A DNA stretch of 26,916 bases from Candidatus Nanohaloarchaea archaeon (GTDB lineage Archaea; Nanohalarchaeota; Nanosalinia; Nanosalinales; Nanosalinaceae), in assembly GCA_046497485.1 (NCBI GenBank), contig JAWOFP010000055.1, positions 1 to 26,916 of the forward strand, read 5' to 3'. Positions within the stretch are counted from its first letter, which is position 1. Each line of letters opens with the position of its first letter. The notes below the pieces were generated by a model. It did not search any database and was not told the origin of the DNA. It saw nothing but the letters and a program-made list of their open reading frames with translations. Positions 16,717 through 25,727 of this stretch are shown here, in pieces. The position numbers and the translations under genes were made by a program.

Positions 16717-17025
16717 ATGGCTCCAAAAGATGTTGATTCAATCAAGAGATTTGGAGAAAGATGGGATAAAAATATAGAGGAAATAAAAGAGAAAGATCTA
16801 GATAGGAAGGCCTGTAAAAATATCTATTCTGATTTCCTTGACGATGCTGAAGACCTATTAATTTTCTCGAACAGATCTGATAGAGCTATTGAAGCTATCA
16901 AAGATCATAAATCTAGACTAACTATTGAGTTAGACTCCTCTAGAATAGATCACAAGTTATATCTTCTGAATATCCTTAGCAAAATTAAGCTCGAAATTAT
17001 TCTAATCAAAAACAAATTCTTCTGA
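16717..17025 (+). CDS. Hypothetical protein
   Basis: 102-aa ORF with ATG filling the gap between tfb and trm1; no recognisable motif. Confidence 0.6.
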   Translation: MAPKDVDSIKRFGERWDKNIEEIKEKDLDRKACKNIYSDFLDDAEDLLIFSNRSDRAIEAIKDHKSRLTIELDSSRIDHKLYLLNILSKIKLEIILIKNKFF

Positions 17026-17030
17026 ATATG

Positions 17031-18113
17031 CTAACTTTTCATAATTTCCAAAATATCTTCCAATGGTGCATCAGTCCTTATCCCTGTAGGCCCGAAATGA
17101 GTTCTTGAGACTGGATATCCTTTTTCATCTAAGGCCTCTATGACTTTATCTCTTTTCGGGACGGATACATCGTGGCGTGAAGCTAACTCATGGAGATCGT
17201 AGAAAGGTGTTACTATTTCTGATTCTGCGTGAACTTTTTCTAAGATATCTTTTGAGCTTTCCCATTCGTCCGGTGTTTTTTCCAGCATTTTTTCTGTGAA
17301 TCTTGAGTCTGCTATTTTCCCTGTCCATAGTGGGCCTGCGTGTTCTACTTCTTCTCCGCAGTGTTCGCATTCTTGGACTCTTTCGAGTTTTCTCCACCCA
17401 CATTCATCGCAGTAACTTAGGTATCTGATGTTTTCTAAGGCCTTGTTGGTTCTTTTCTTGGATTCTGTGACTCTTCCCATTACGCGCGTATAATGTTTAA
17501 ATTGGTAGCAGAATTTTGGGTCGAAGCATTTGTCGTAACGCGCAAAGTTTTCGAAGGCCTCTTTGATGTAGATCCGTAATGCGGTTTCGTGCATGAACCC
17601 GTTTTTCAGTGGTTTGCTGCCGTATCTTCTTTCGCATACTGTTGGGTAGCTTCCGGTCGGCGCCGAGTTATCGGTCGCTGTTAAACCTACGAAGGAGTTA
17701 TAGTTTGCTGCTCGAGCGGTCGAATCCAGGAAAGGCGTGAACGGTCCGTAAGGATCTACATCAATGAAATGGAAGAATCCGGGTTTTCCTGAGAGGAATA
17801 CATTTGCATCTTTATTTTCGACTGAGGCCTCGACATCGTTTTCTTTCAACGCTTCTTTCACTGATTCTACTGCGTTAGGGTTGGCATCATTTAGATAGAT
17901 GTCGCCTAGCTCTGAGTAACGCAGGCCTCTGATCCCTGTTCCTGTCAATGGATCGCCGATATTTGGGTCTTCTATATTTATTTTTTCAAAGAAGGTCTTG
18001 GCCGCGATTAGAGATAGGTCTCTGTTTTCCAGCATTTCTTCATTGAAGAAGACTTTATCGTCCATCTTGGGCTCTCCTTCCGGTGCAAAGATTTTCAGGC
18101 CTCGTTCTTCCAT
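17031..18113 (-). CDS. trm1: tRNA (guanine(26)-N2)-dimethyltransferase
   Basis: VFFNEEMLENRDLS, GTGIRGLRY, IDVDPYGPFTPFLDS, GLTATD, AGPLWTG, SRTHFGPTGIRTDAP; likely ATG at 18113. Confidence 0.96.
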   Translation of the reverse strand: MEERGLKIFAPEGEPKMDDKVFFNEEMLENRDLSLIAAKTFFEKINIEDPNIGDPLTGTGIRGLRYSELGDIYLNDANPNAVESVKEALKENDVEASVENKDANVFLSGKPGFFHFIDVDPYGPFTPFLDSTARAANYNSFVGLTATDNSAPTGSYPTVCERRYGSKPLKNGFMHETALRIYIKEAFENFARYDKCFDPKFCYQFKHYTRVMGRVTESKKRTNKALENIRYLSYCDECGWRKLERVQECEHCGEEVEHAGPLWTGKIADSRFTEKMLEKTPDEWESSKDILEKVHAESEIVTPFYDLHELASRHDVSVPKRDKVIEALDEKGYPVSRTHFGPTGIRTDAPLEDILEIMKS

Positions 18114-18207
18114 ACCGTGAAGTTCTTGTTTTATACTTATTAGTTGTAATAGAGACATGAGGTTACAACAACTTTTTTAAACGAGTCTTGAGCGAGCGTC
18201 GTGGTTG

Positions 18208-18216
18208 TTTTTATAA
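18208..18216 (+). promoter_or_regulatory. TATA candidate for the ATP synthase operon
   Basis: TTTTTATAA about 27 bp upstream of the ATG at 18243. Confidence 0.5.
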
Positions 18217-18242
18217 GCTTTTCAAGTGGATTCTTTTGTACG

Positions 18243-18560
18243 ATGGCTGATGTAGTAAAACAAGTGCAGAGTGCGGAAACCGATGCCAAAAATATAGTTG
18301 AAGAGGCAGAGGAAACTAAACGAGAGGAGATCCGCAAAGCAGAGGAAAAAGCAGAGAACATTATTGAACAGGCTGAAGAAACTGCAGAGGAGAAGAAAGA
18401 GTCAGAGCTCAAGAACTATAGAGAAGAGCTTGAAGAGGAGAAAGAAGAACTTCTTGAAGATGCAGAAGACCAGGCCTCGGATTTAAGAGATACTGCTTCA
18501 GATAACAGGGAAAAAGCCGTCAAGTTTCTGGAAGACAGATTCGAAGAAGAGTTTCTCTAG
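18243..18560 (+). CDS. atpH: A/V-type ATP synthase subunit H (G-like peripheral stalk)
   Basis: Charged coiled coil AETDAKNIVEEAEETKREEIRKAEEKAENII; first gene of the operon; likely ATG at 18243. Confidence 0.85.
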   Translation: MADVVKQVQSAETDAKNIVEEAEETKREEIRKAEEKAENIIEQAEETAEEKKESELKNYREELEEEKEELLEDAEDQASDLRDTASDNREKAVKFLEDRFEEEFL

Positions 18561-18567
18561 GTGATTA

Positions 18568-20343
18568 ATTATCAGGCCTGAAGAGATGACCAAAGTTTCA
18601 GTAACAGCGCCGAAGACACAGCTAGAGAATGTAGTGGAATCACTACACAGTCTAGGCCTGATGGACTTCGATGACTATGAAGGAGAACTAGAGACCGGAA
18701 GCCCAATGGAGGGCTCAGATGAGATCTCTCAATTATTAGTTGATATCCGTTCAATTCTATCGAAACTAGATGTTAATGAGACGGAACAAGCCACAGTTGA
18801 AGATGTAAGAGAGAAAGTTCCCGAAGTTCACAGCAGTTTAAAGGAATCAGAAGCAGAGATCAGCTCTCTGAAAAGCAGAAAAGAACAGTTAAAAGATAAG
18901 AAAAAGAGTTTTGAAAAGATACTTAGCGCGGATGTAAATCTCAGGGAATTAGAGGATACAGACACATTAAATTACAGAATACTGGATTTCAAGGAAGAAG
19001 AGTTCTCCCAGATTTATGGATCCAGGAATTATGAGGTTTTCCACGGTAAAACTGCTTCAGTATTGGCCTACATGAACAAGGAAGAAGATCATGTCAATGA
19101 GTCTCTTGAAGGCTTAGTCAAGAAAGAGTTCGATATTCCTGTAGAGGATGGAACGCCTGAACAGATTGTAAATCAGATTAATTCTGAGATTTCAGATATT
19201 GAGGCCTCAATTGAGTCCGAAAAAGAAAAAATAAATCGGCTTGAGTCAACTTGGGGACCAAAGTTCAACCATGTTGAACAGTTCCTAACGGAGAAGATTG
19301 AGAAGGCTGAAGCACCTCTGAAGTTCGGAACTACTGAAAAGAGCTTCATAGTAGAAGGATGGGTTCCATCAGAGGAAGAAGCCCAGCTCAAGAAAAGTAT
19401 TACAGCCTCTACTGACAATAAAGTACATATTGAAACTATGGAGGGTGAAGACCCTCCGGTCAAACACGATAATAACAAGATAGTAACTCCTTTCGAATCA
19501 CTTACAGATCTAATGGCGAGGCCTAAGTACGGCGAAGTCGATCCAAGCTTCTTGATTCTACTAACATTCCCATTGTTCTTTGGAATGATGATTGGGGACG
19601 CAGGATACGGAATTACTTCAGGCCTAGTATTTTTGGCAGGGATCAAGTTCTTCCCTCAGGCCTCCAAGCTGTTCAAGGCCCTACTATGGACCTCAGCAGC
19701 CACAATGGTCTTCGGAATAATTTACGGAGAGTTCTTTGGATTCCATGTGCTTGATACTCCTTTCTACAGAGGAGATCTATGGACGGAGATATTTTACCTA
19801 TCAATAGCGATAGGGGTAGCGCATGTCAACTTAGGCCTATTGATTGGAGCATACAATGAATATGTACATCATGGAATACTGGAGGCATTGTTCGCCAAAG
19901 GATCATGGATCCTACTGCAGATCGCAGGACTTGCAGGATACCTGACAGCTTCAAGCTACGGAACTACTCCGGGCCTTGCAATAGGCCTCGGAATCGGTAT
20001 TCCAACCTTAATGATGCTTTACAAGGGTGAAGGAATCGAAGGAATCGTAGAAATACCAAGCCTTGTATCAAATATCCTGTCTTACCTACGATTGTTCGGG
20101 GTATGTATGGCGGCTTACACGCTGGCTGGTACAGTCAATCAGATGGCTAATCCAATGCTTGCATCAGGCTCTCTGATGGGTATTGCTGGCGGAGTGCTGA
20201 TTATGATTATCGGTCACACAGTACTGACATTTGTTAAAATTATGGAAGGCTTCCTTCAAGGTATACGACTCCATTATGTAGAACAGTTCGGATGGTTCTA
20301 CGAAGGAGGAGGAAGAAAATACAGTCCGTTCGGAGGAGAATAG
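18568..20343 (+). CDS. atpI: A/V-type ATP synthase subunit I (a)
   Basis: MTKVSV N-terminus, PKYGEVDPS, FFGMMIGDAGYG, LSYLRL, RLHYVEQFGWFYEGGG. First ATG is 18586; the conserved-looking extension IIRPEE starts at ATT 18568. Confidence 0.95.
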   Translation: MIRPEEMTKVSVTAPKTQLENVVESLHSLGLMDFDDYEGELETGSPMEGSDEISQLLVDIRSILSKLDVNETEQATVEDVREKVPEVHSSLKESEAEISSLKSRKEQLKDKKKSFEKILSADVNLRELEDTDTLNYRILDFKEEEFSQIYGSRNYEVFHGKTASVLAYMNKEEDHVNESLEGLVKKEFDIPVEDGTPEQIVNQINSEISDIEASIESEKEKINRLESTWGPKFNHVEQFLTEKIEKAEAPLKFGTTEKSFIVEGWVPSEEEAQLKKSITASTDNKVHIETMEGEDPPVKHDNNKIVTPFESLTDLMARPKYGEVDPSFLILLTFPLFFGMMIGDAGYGITSGLVFLAGIKFFPQASKLFKALLWTSAATMVFGIIYGEFFGFHVLDTPFYRGDLWTEIFYLSIAIGVAHVNLGLLIGAYNEYVHHGILEALFAKGSWILLQIAGLAGYLTASSYGTTPGLAIGLGIGIPTLMMLYKGEGIEGIVEIPSLVSNILSYLRLFGVCMAAYTLAGTVNQMANPMLASGSLMGIAGGVLIMIIGHTVLTFVKIMEGFLQGIRLHYVEQFGWFYEGGGRKYSPFGGE

Positions 20344-20392
20344 ACTGTGTTTTCAATGCTAAATCTATATTTCGAGGTGAAAACCTAAACCA

Positions 20393-20611
20393 ATGGCACT
20401 AGAATTAGGAGCAGCACTAGGAGCAGCAATCGCAATCGCAGTCTCAGCCTTAGCAACAGCTTGGGCTCAGGCAAAGATTGGAACCGCAGGAATCGGAGCA
20501 CTAGCCGAAGACGACAGTCTTTTCGGTAATGTACTGATCCTTGTGGCTATTCCGGAAACAATTGTAATTTTCGGACTGGTTGTCGCACTAGTGATCGCAG
20601 GATTCATATAA
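20393..20611 (+). CDS. atpK: A/V-type ATP synthase subunit K (c, single hairpin)
   Basis: 72 aa, two TM helices, AQAKIG...IPETIVIFG; SD GAGGTGA at 20374-20380. Confidence 0.96.
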   Translation: MALELGAALGAAIAIAVSALATAWAQAKIGTAGIGALAEDDSLFGNVLILVAIPETIVIFGLVVALVIAGFI

Positions 20612-20620
20612 AAAACCAAA

Positions 20621-20641
20621 GAGGCCCTTTCAAGGGGCCTC
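20621..20641. promoter_or_regulatory. GC-rich stem-loop between atpK and atpE
   Basis: GAGGCCCTT-TCA-AGGGGCCTC, a 9-bp stem with one G-U pair. Confidence 0.7.
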
Positions 20642-20689
20642 AATTACTTTAATTTATTCAAACAACAAGAAAAGAGGAAAAAAGATATT

Positions 20690-21226
20690 ATGGGACTTCA
20701 ACAGGTAACAGACGAAATTTTGGACGAAGCAGAAGAAAAGGCAGAAGAAATAAAATCAGAGATGGAATCTGAAAGAGATGAAATAATTTCTGAGGCAGAA
20801 GATAAAGCTGATGAAATAGTCAGTGAAGCAGAAGAGGAAATCGAAGACGATAAACAGGCCTTGAAGCAGAAAGAAATGTCTAAGGCTAAGATGGAGTCCA
20901 AGCAAAAGATTCAGGAAGCCAAACAGGGCGAAATAACAAAAGTATTCGAAGAATTCAGAGAAGGCCTCGAGGACCTTAAGAAGTCTGAGAGAGAAGCACT
21001 AGTTGAGAATGGTAAAGAGTCCGCTAACTTTGAGGTAGGCCTTATCAAAGGTTCTGAAGAGTTTGAAGATGTAGTAGATGAAGATTTCGAGGAAATCGAT
21101 CAGAAAGGAATCATTCTTGAATCTGATGACGGCAGCAAATCAATCAACTTGACTTTCGACCGTATTCACCAAGAGTTCAGAAAGGATTACAGAAGTGAGG
21201 TGGCTCAGCGATTATTCGATCAATGA
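20690..21226 (+). CDS. atpE: A/V-type ATP synthase subunit E
   Basis: MGLQQVTDEILDEAEEKAEEI coiled coil, KGIILESDDGSKSINLTFD; operon position. Confidence 0.92.
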   Translation: MGLQQVTDEILDEAEEKAEEIKSEMESERDEIISEAEDKADEIVSEAEEEIEDDKQALKQKEMSKAKMESKQKIQEAKQGEITKVFEEFREGLEDLKKSEREALVENGKESANFEVGLIKGSEEFEDVVDEDFEEIDQKGIILESDDGSKSINLTFDRIHQEFRKDYRSEVAQRLFDQ

Positions 21227-22203
21227 TCCCTAAAGATTATCCTTACATGTATGCCAGGGTTTCAGCCAAGAAAAAGAAGCTTTACACCGAGAGAGACTAC
21301 GATAACTTTCTGAAGATGCAGGTAAACGATATCTCCAGAAAAATGGAGGAAGGAAGCTACAAGACAGAGATTAATGAACTTGGAAGCGAGTACGACGGCG
21401 CAGAGCTTATTGAGAAGGCCTTGAACCTTAATCTTGCTAATACTTACGAAAACTTGCTGAAGGTTGCTTCAGATGATGCTAAACCTATAATTAGAGTATA
21501 TTTGAGAAGATTCGATATAATTAATATCAAGAGAATTATTAGGTGGAAAGAAACCGATCAGTCTGAAAAAATTGAACATATTCTATACCCTATCGGGACA
21601 CTAGGCCTTGGATTTGAGGAAATTAGGGAAAACAGTGTTGAAGAAATACTTGAAGATCTAAACTTTGAAAACTCCAGAGTAGATTATCAAGCTGAGATAG
21701 AAGACTGTGAAACAGTTGGAGAAATCGAGACCTGTCTTGACAGACTGTATTCTGAAGAATTAAGAGATCTAGCAGATTCTTCTGGAAGTAAAGAGTTCCA
21801 GAAATTTGTGAAAGATGAACAATTCAACCAAGATCTGAAGATTGCATTGAGATTGAAGAGGTACAATATTGAGAAAGAAGAAATTCTAGAACGACTGTTC
21901 AATCATAAAGATGAGCTAGAAGAGCTTCTCGAATCAGAAAACTTTGAAGATGCCCTCAAATTAGCTGGAGAAATGACAGAGCTGGAAGCAGAGAATATGG
22001 AAGAATTTGAGAAAGAACTGGATAGAGACAGGCTTCAGAGAGCATTAAATGCTTTACATAGAGAGCCTCTAGGCCTTTCGTCTATGATTGGCTATATTGT
22101 GGCAAAGGAGATCGAAATCGAAAATATGAGAATGATCGCTAGAGCCAAAGAAACAGGTATTCAAAACAACGAGACGATCAAGAAGAACTTGGTGACAATG
22201 TAA
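21223..22203 (+). CDS. atpC: A/V-type ATP synthase subunit C
   Basis: YPYMYARVSAKKKKL, RFDIINIKRIIR, PLGLSSMIGYIVAKEIEIENMRMIARAK. Confidence 0.94.
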   Translation: MIPKDYPYMYARVSAKKKKLYTERDYDNFLKMQVNDISRKMEEGSYKTEINELGSEYDGAELIEKALNLNLANTYENLLKVASDDAKPIIRVYLRRFDIINIKRIIRWKETDQSEKIEHILYPIGTLGLGFEEIRENSVEEILEDLNFENSRVDYQAEIEDCETVGEIETCLDRLYSEELRDLADSSGSKEFQKFVKDEQFNQDLKIALRLKRYNIEKEEILERLFNHKDELEELLESENFEDALKLAGEMTELEAENMEEFEKELDRDRLQRALNALHREPLGLSSMIGYIVAKEIEIENMRMIARAKETGIQNNETIKKNLVTM

Positions 22204-22563
22204 AAAATGGAACAGGAAACAAAGAAAGAGATTGCAGTAATAGGTTCAGAGGAGTTTACTCTGGGGTTCAAGCTAGCAGGTATCAAAAAGAGCTTTGTAC
22301 CGGATGACTTCGATGAAAAAATCAGCGATCTTCTAGAAAGAGACGATCTAGGTATTATTGTAGCTGAAGAAGACATGATTTCGGAGGCCTCAAGAAAGAC
22401 AAGAAGCATGATCGATGGGTCAGTTGATCCGATTGTTATCGGTCTTTCAGAGGAAGCTGAAAGCGAAAGACTTCAGGAAAAAATCAAGAGAGCGATTGGC
22501 GCAGACATAACACAAAACTAATACTAATGGTGAAATTACAAAAAATGGAACACGAAACACAGA
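22190..22563 (+). repeat. 36-bp imperfect direct repeat of the atpF initiation region
   Basis: 22190-22225 tggtgacaatgtaaaaaatggaacaggaaacaaaga vs 22528-22563 tggtgaaattacaaaaaatggaacacgaaacacaga, 30/36 identical without gaps. Confidence 0.75.
22207..22521 (+). CDS. atpF: A/V-type ATP synthase subunit F
   Basis: [38 protein letters not shown]. Confidence 0.96.
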   Translation: MEQETKKEIAVIGSEEFTLGFKLAGIKKSFVPDDFDEKISDLLERDDLGIIVAEEDMISEASRKTRSMIDGSVDPIVIGLSEEAESERLQEKIKRAIGADITQN

Positions 22564-22601
22564 GTTTTTCGACAACTGGAGATCGCGGAGGCGATTTCTG
22601 A
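22545..22601 (+). CDS. Putative 18-aa leader/coupling peptide [18 protein letters not shown]
   Basis: Has its own GGTGA SD at 22529-22533; stop TGA overlaps the atpA ATG (TGATG). Confidence 0.45.
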   Translation: MEHETQSFSTTGDRGGDF

Positions 22602-24331
22602 TGTCAAAAGGAGAAATCTATAAAGTAGCAGGACCTGTTGTAATAGCGACAGGAATGCAGCCACAGATGTACGACGTAGTATCTGTGGGAGAAGAAGGCC
22701 TGATGGGCGAGGTCATCCAGATCGAAGGAGACCAAGCATACATCCAGGTCTACGAAGACACAACAGGAGTAAAACCAGGAGAACCAGTAGAGAACACTGA
22801 ACAGCCTCTATCCGTAGAACTCGGACCAGGCCTACTTGGAAGCATTTACGACGGACTGCAGAGGCCTCTAGTAGAATTACAGAAAAAGAGTGGAGACTTC
22901 ATTGAAAGAGGAGAAGACGCTCCAGGAATCGACATGGACGAAGAATATGACTTTTCTCCAAGAGTCGAGGAAGGAGACGAAGTTGAACCTGGCGATGTAG
23001 TCGGAACCGTTGAAGTAGAGTACGGAAAGCACAAAGTAATGGTGCCGCCGGACTTTGAAGGAGGAGAAGTAGAAAAAGTAAACTCCGGGGAACACACTGT
23101 AAAACAGACGGTAGTAGAGCTTGACTCAGATGAGGAAATCTCTATGAGACAGGAATGGCCTATCAGAGATTCAAGGCCTGCTGATGACGACCTGAAGCCT
23201 GAAGTACCTTTGATCACAGGTCAGAGAGTACTTGACGGATTATTCCCTCTAGCAAAAGGAGGAACAGCAGCAGTACCTGGAGGATTCGGAACAGGAAAAA
23301 CAGTTACACAGCAATCTCTTGCAAAGTTTTCCGACGCAGACATCATCGTATACATTGGATGCGGAGAACGTGGGAACGAGATGACAGAAGTACTGGAAGA
23401 GTTCCCAGAACTTGAAGACCCACAGACAGGAGATAAAATCATTAACAGAACAGTATTAATCGCAAACACATCAAACATGCCAGTAGCAGCAAGAGAGGCC
23501 TCAATCTACACCGGAGTAACTATTGCAGAGTACTTCCGTGATATGGGACTTGATGTTGCACTGATGGCAGACTCTACTTCTCGTTGGGCAGAAGCTATGC
23601 GTGAAGTATCGGCAAGACTGGAAGAGATGCCTGGTGAGAGAGGATATCCGGCATATCTTTCCTCAAGACTTGCGGAGTTCTATGAGAGAGCAGGTAGAGT
23701 AGATCCGCTTGCGGATGTCGATCCAGGTTCCGTCTCGATTGTTGGAGCAGTTTCACCTCCAGGAGGAGACTTCTCAGAACCAGTTACCCAGAACACTTTG
23801 AGAGTTGTAAAGAACTTCTGGGCTCTCGACTCAGACTTAGCAGAGAAAAGACACTTCCCATCTATTAACTGGGACGACTCCTACTCAGGATACAAAGATA
23901 AGCTAGCAGACCACTTCGAGGAAGAAGTGGACGAAGACTGGCAGACTAACATTCAGAGAATGAGAGACATTCTGCAGAAAGATGGAGAGCTTCAGGAAAC
24001 AGTTCAGTTAGTAGGTAAGGACGCATTACCTGACCGTGAGAGATTGACTCTTGAAATTGGTACAATGGTTAAGCAGTTCTACCTGCAGCAGAACGCTTTC
24101 CACCCAGTAGATGAGTACTCATCTCCTGAAAAAACCTATCATATACTTCAGACAATCCTTGACTGGGCTGATGAGGCCTACGATGCTCTAGAAGATGGAG
24201 CGATGGTCGAGGATATTATCTCACTGAGCAGCAAGAACCATATCAGTGAGTTAGCGACAAGTGAGGACTTCCTTGATGTCAAGGAGGAAATCAAGAACCA
24301 GATGAACGAAGAGTTCGAGGAGGTAAGATAA
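22601..24331 (+). CDS. atpA: A/V-type ATP synthase subunit A (catalytic)
   Basis: P-loop [42 protein letters not shown]; no intein. Confidence 0.98.
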   Translation: MSKGEIYKVAGPVVIATGMQPQMYDVVSVGEEGLMGEVIQIEGDQAYIQVYEDTTGVKPGEPVENTEQPLSVELGPGLLGSIYDGLQRPLVELQKKSGDFIERGEDAPGIDMDEEYDFSPRVEEGDEVEPGDVVGTVEVEYGKHKVMVPPDFEGGEVEKVNSGEHTVKQTVVELDSDEEISMRQEWPIRDSRPADDDLKPEVPLITGQRVLDGLFPLAKGGTAAVPGGFGTGKTVTQQSLAKFSDADIIVYIGCGERGNEMTEVLEEFPELEDPQTGDKIINRTVLIANTSNMPVAAREASIYTGVTIAEYFRDMGLDVALMADSTSRWAEAMREVSARLEEMPGERGYPAYLSSRLAEFYERAGRVDPLADVDPGSVSIVGAVSPPGGDFSEPVTQNTLRVVKNFWALDSDLAEKRHFPSINWDDSYSGYKDKLADHFEEEVDEDWQTNIQRMRDILQKDGELQETVQLVGKDALPDRERLTLEIGTMVKQFYLQQNAFHPVDEYSSPEKTYHILQTILDWADEAYDALEDGAMVEDIISLSSKNHISELATSEDFLDVKEEIKNQMNEEFEEVR

Positions 24332-24332
24332 G

Positions 24333-25718
24333 ATGGTACAGCAAGAATACAAGACAATCAGCGAAGTTAAAGGCCCTCTAGTTTTCGTCGAGAAGACTGA
24401 GGATATCGCTTACGGAGACATCGTAGAAATCGAAACCCCTGACGGAAATGTCAAACAGGGAGAAGTCCTTGAAACCTCAAAAGATGTGGTAATCATCCAA
24501 GTCTACGAGGAAACACAGGGAATCGGACAGGACGCAAAAGTCCGTTTCATGAACGAAAATGTCAAGATGCCTGTAACAGAAGACCTACTAGGGAGAGTCC
24601 TAGACGGTAAAGGAGAGCCTATCGACGATGGCCCAGAAGTAATCCCAGATGAGGAAAGAGATATTGTCGGAGAGGCAATCAACCCTTCCTCAAGAGAGCT
24701 GCCAGAGGACTTCATTCAGACAGGAGTCTCAAGTATCGATGTCATGAACACACTAGTTAGAGGACAGAAACTACCAATCTTCTCAGGCTCAGGCCTACCT
24801 CACAATGAGCTAGCGATGCAGATCGCTCGACAGGCCGACATCAAAGGAGATAAGGAGTTCGCAGTAGTCTTCGCAGGAATGGGAATTACAGAAGAAGAAT
24901 CCCAAGAATTCATCGAAGAGTTTAGAAACACGGGCGCACTTGAAAGATCAGTAGTCTTCCTGAACAAGGCCTCAGATCCGGCGCCGGAGAGAATCATTAC
25001 TCCAAGAATGGCTTTGACAACTGCAGAATACCTTGCGTACGAGAAGGAGATGGAAGTCCTAGTAATTATGACTGACATGACCAACTACTGTAACGCGCTT
25101 CGTGAAGTATCCGCAGCTCGTGAAGAAGTACCGGGTAGAAGAGGATACCCAGGATACATGTACACAGATCTAGCTAACCTTTACGAGAGAGCCGGAATTA
25201 TTGAAGGCCGTGAAGGATCAGTCACCCAGCTCCCAATCCTGACAATGGTTGGAGACGACATGACACATCCGATCCCTGACCTTACAGGATACATTACAGA
25301 GGGTCAGATCGTAGTAGACAGAGATCTTGACAATCAAGATGTCTCACCGCCAATTGATGTGCTTCCAAGCCTTTCCAGACTGATGGACAACGGTATTGGA
25401 GAAGGTTACACCCGTGGAGATCACGGAGATGTCAAAGACCAGCTTTATGCGCTCTACGCAGAAGGACAGGATCTCAGAGATTTAGTCGCGATTGTCGGAG
25501 AGGACGCATTATCTGACAGAGATGAGAAAGTCTTAGAGTTCACCAATATGTATGAGGAACACTTCGTAGATCAAGGATTTGATGAAAATAGAGACATAGA
25601 AGAATCGCTTGAACTTGCATGGGATTTACTTTCAATTGTTCCTATGGATGAACTTACAAGAATTGACAGAGAACTCAGGGAAGAAAAACTTGAAGGCCGA
25701 GAGCCAGAGTTCAACTAG
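24333..25718 (+). CDS. atpB: A/V-type ATP synthase subunit B
   Basis: [49 protein letters not shown]. Confidence 0.98.
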   Translation: MVQQEYKTISEVKGPLVFVEKTEDIAYGDIVEIETPDGNVKQGEVLETSKDVVIIQVYEETQGIGQDAKVRFMNENVKMPVTEDLLGRVLDGKGEPIDDGPEVIPDEERDIVGEAINPSSRELPEDFIQTGVSSIDVMNTLVRGQKLPIFSGSGLPHNELAMQIARQADIKGDKEFAVVFAGMGITEEESQEFIEEFRNTGALERSVVFLNKASDPAPERIITPRMALTTAEYLAYEKEMEVLVIMTDMTNYCNALREVSAAREEVPGRRGYPGYMYTDLANLYERAGIIEGREGSVTQLPILTMVGDDMTHPIPDLTGYITEGQIVVDRDLDNQDVSPPIDVLPSLSRLMDNGIGEGYTRGDHGDVKDQLYALYAEGQDLRDLVAIVGEDALSDRDEKVLEFTNMYEEHFVDQGFDENRDIEESLELAWDLLSIVPMDELTRIDRELREEKLEGREPEFN

Positions 25719-25727
25719 AGGATTAAA

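Noticed and set aside
22601..24331. Intein in AtpA
   Set aside because: 576 aa with contiguous motifs around the P-loop; no insertion.
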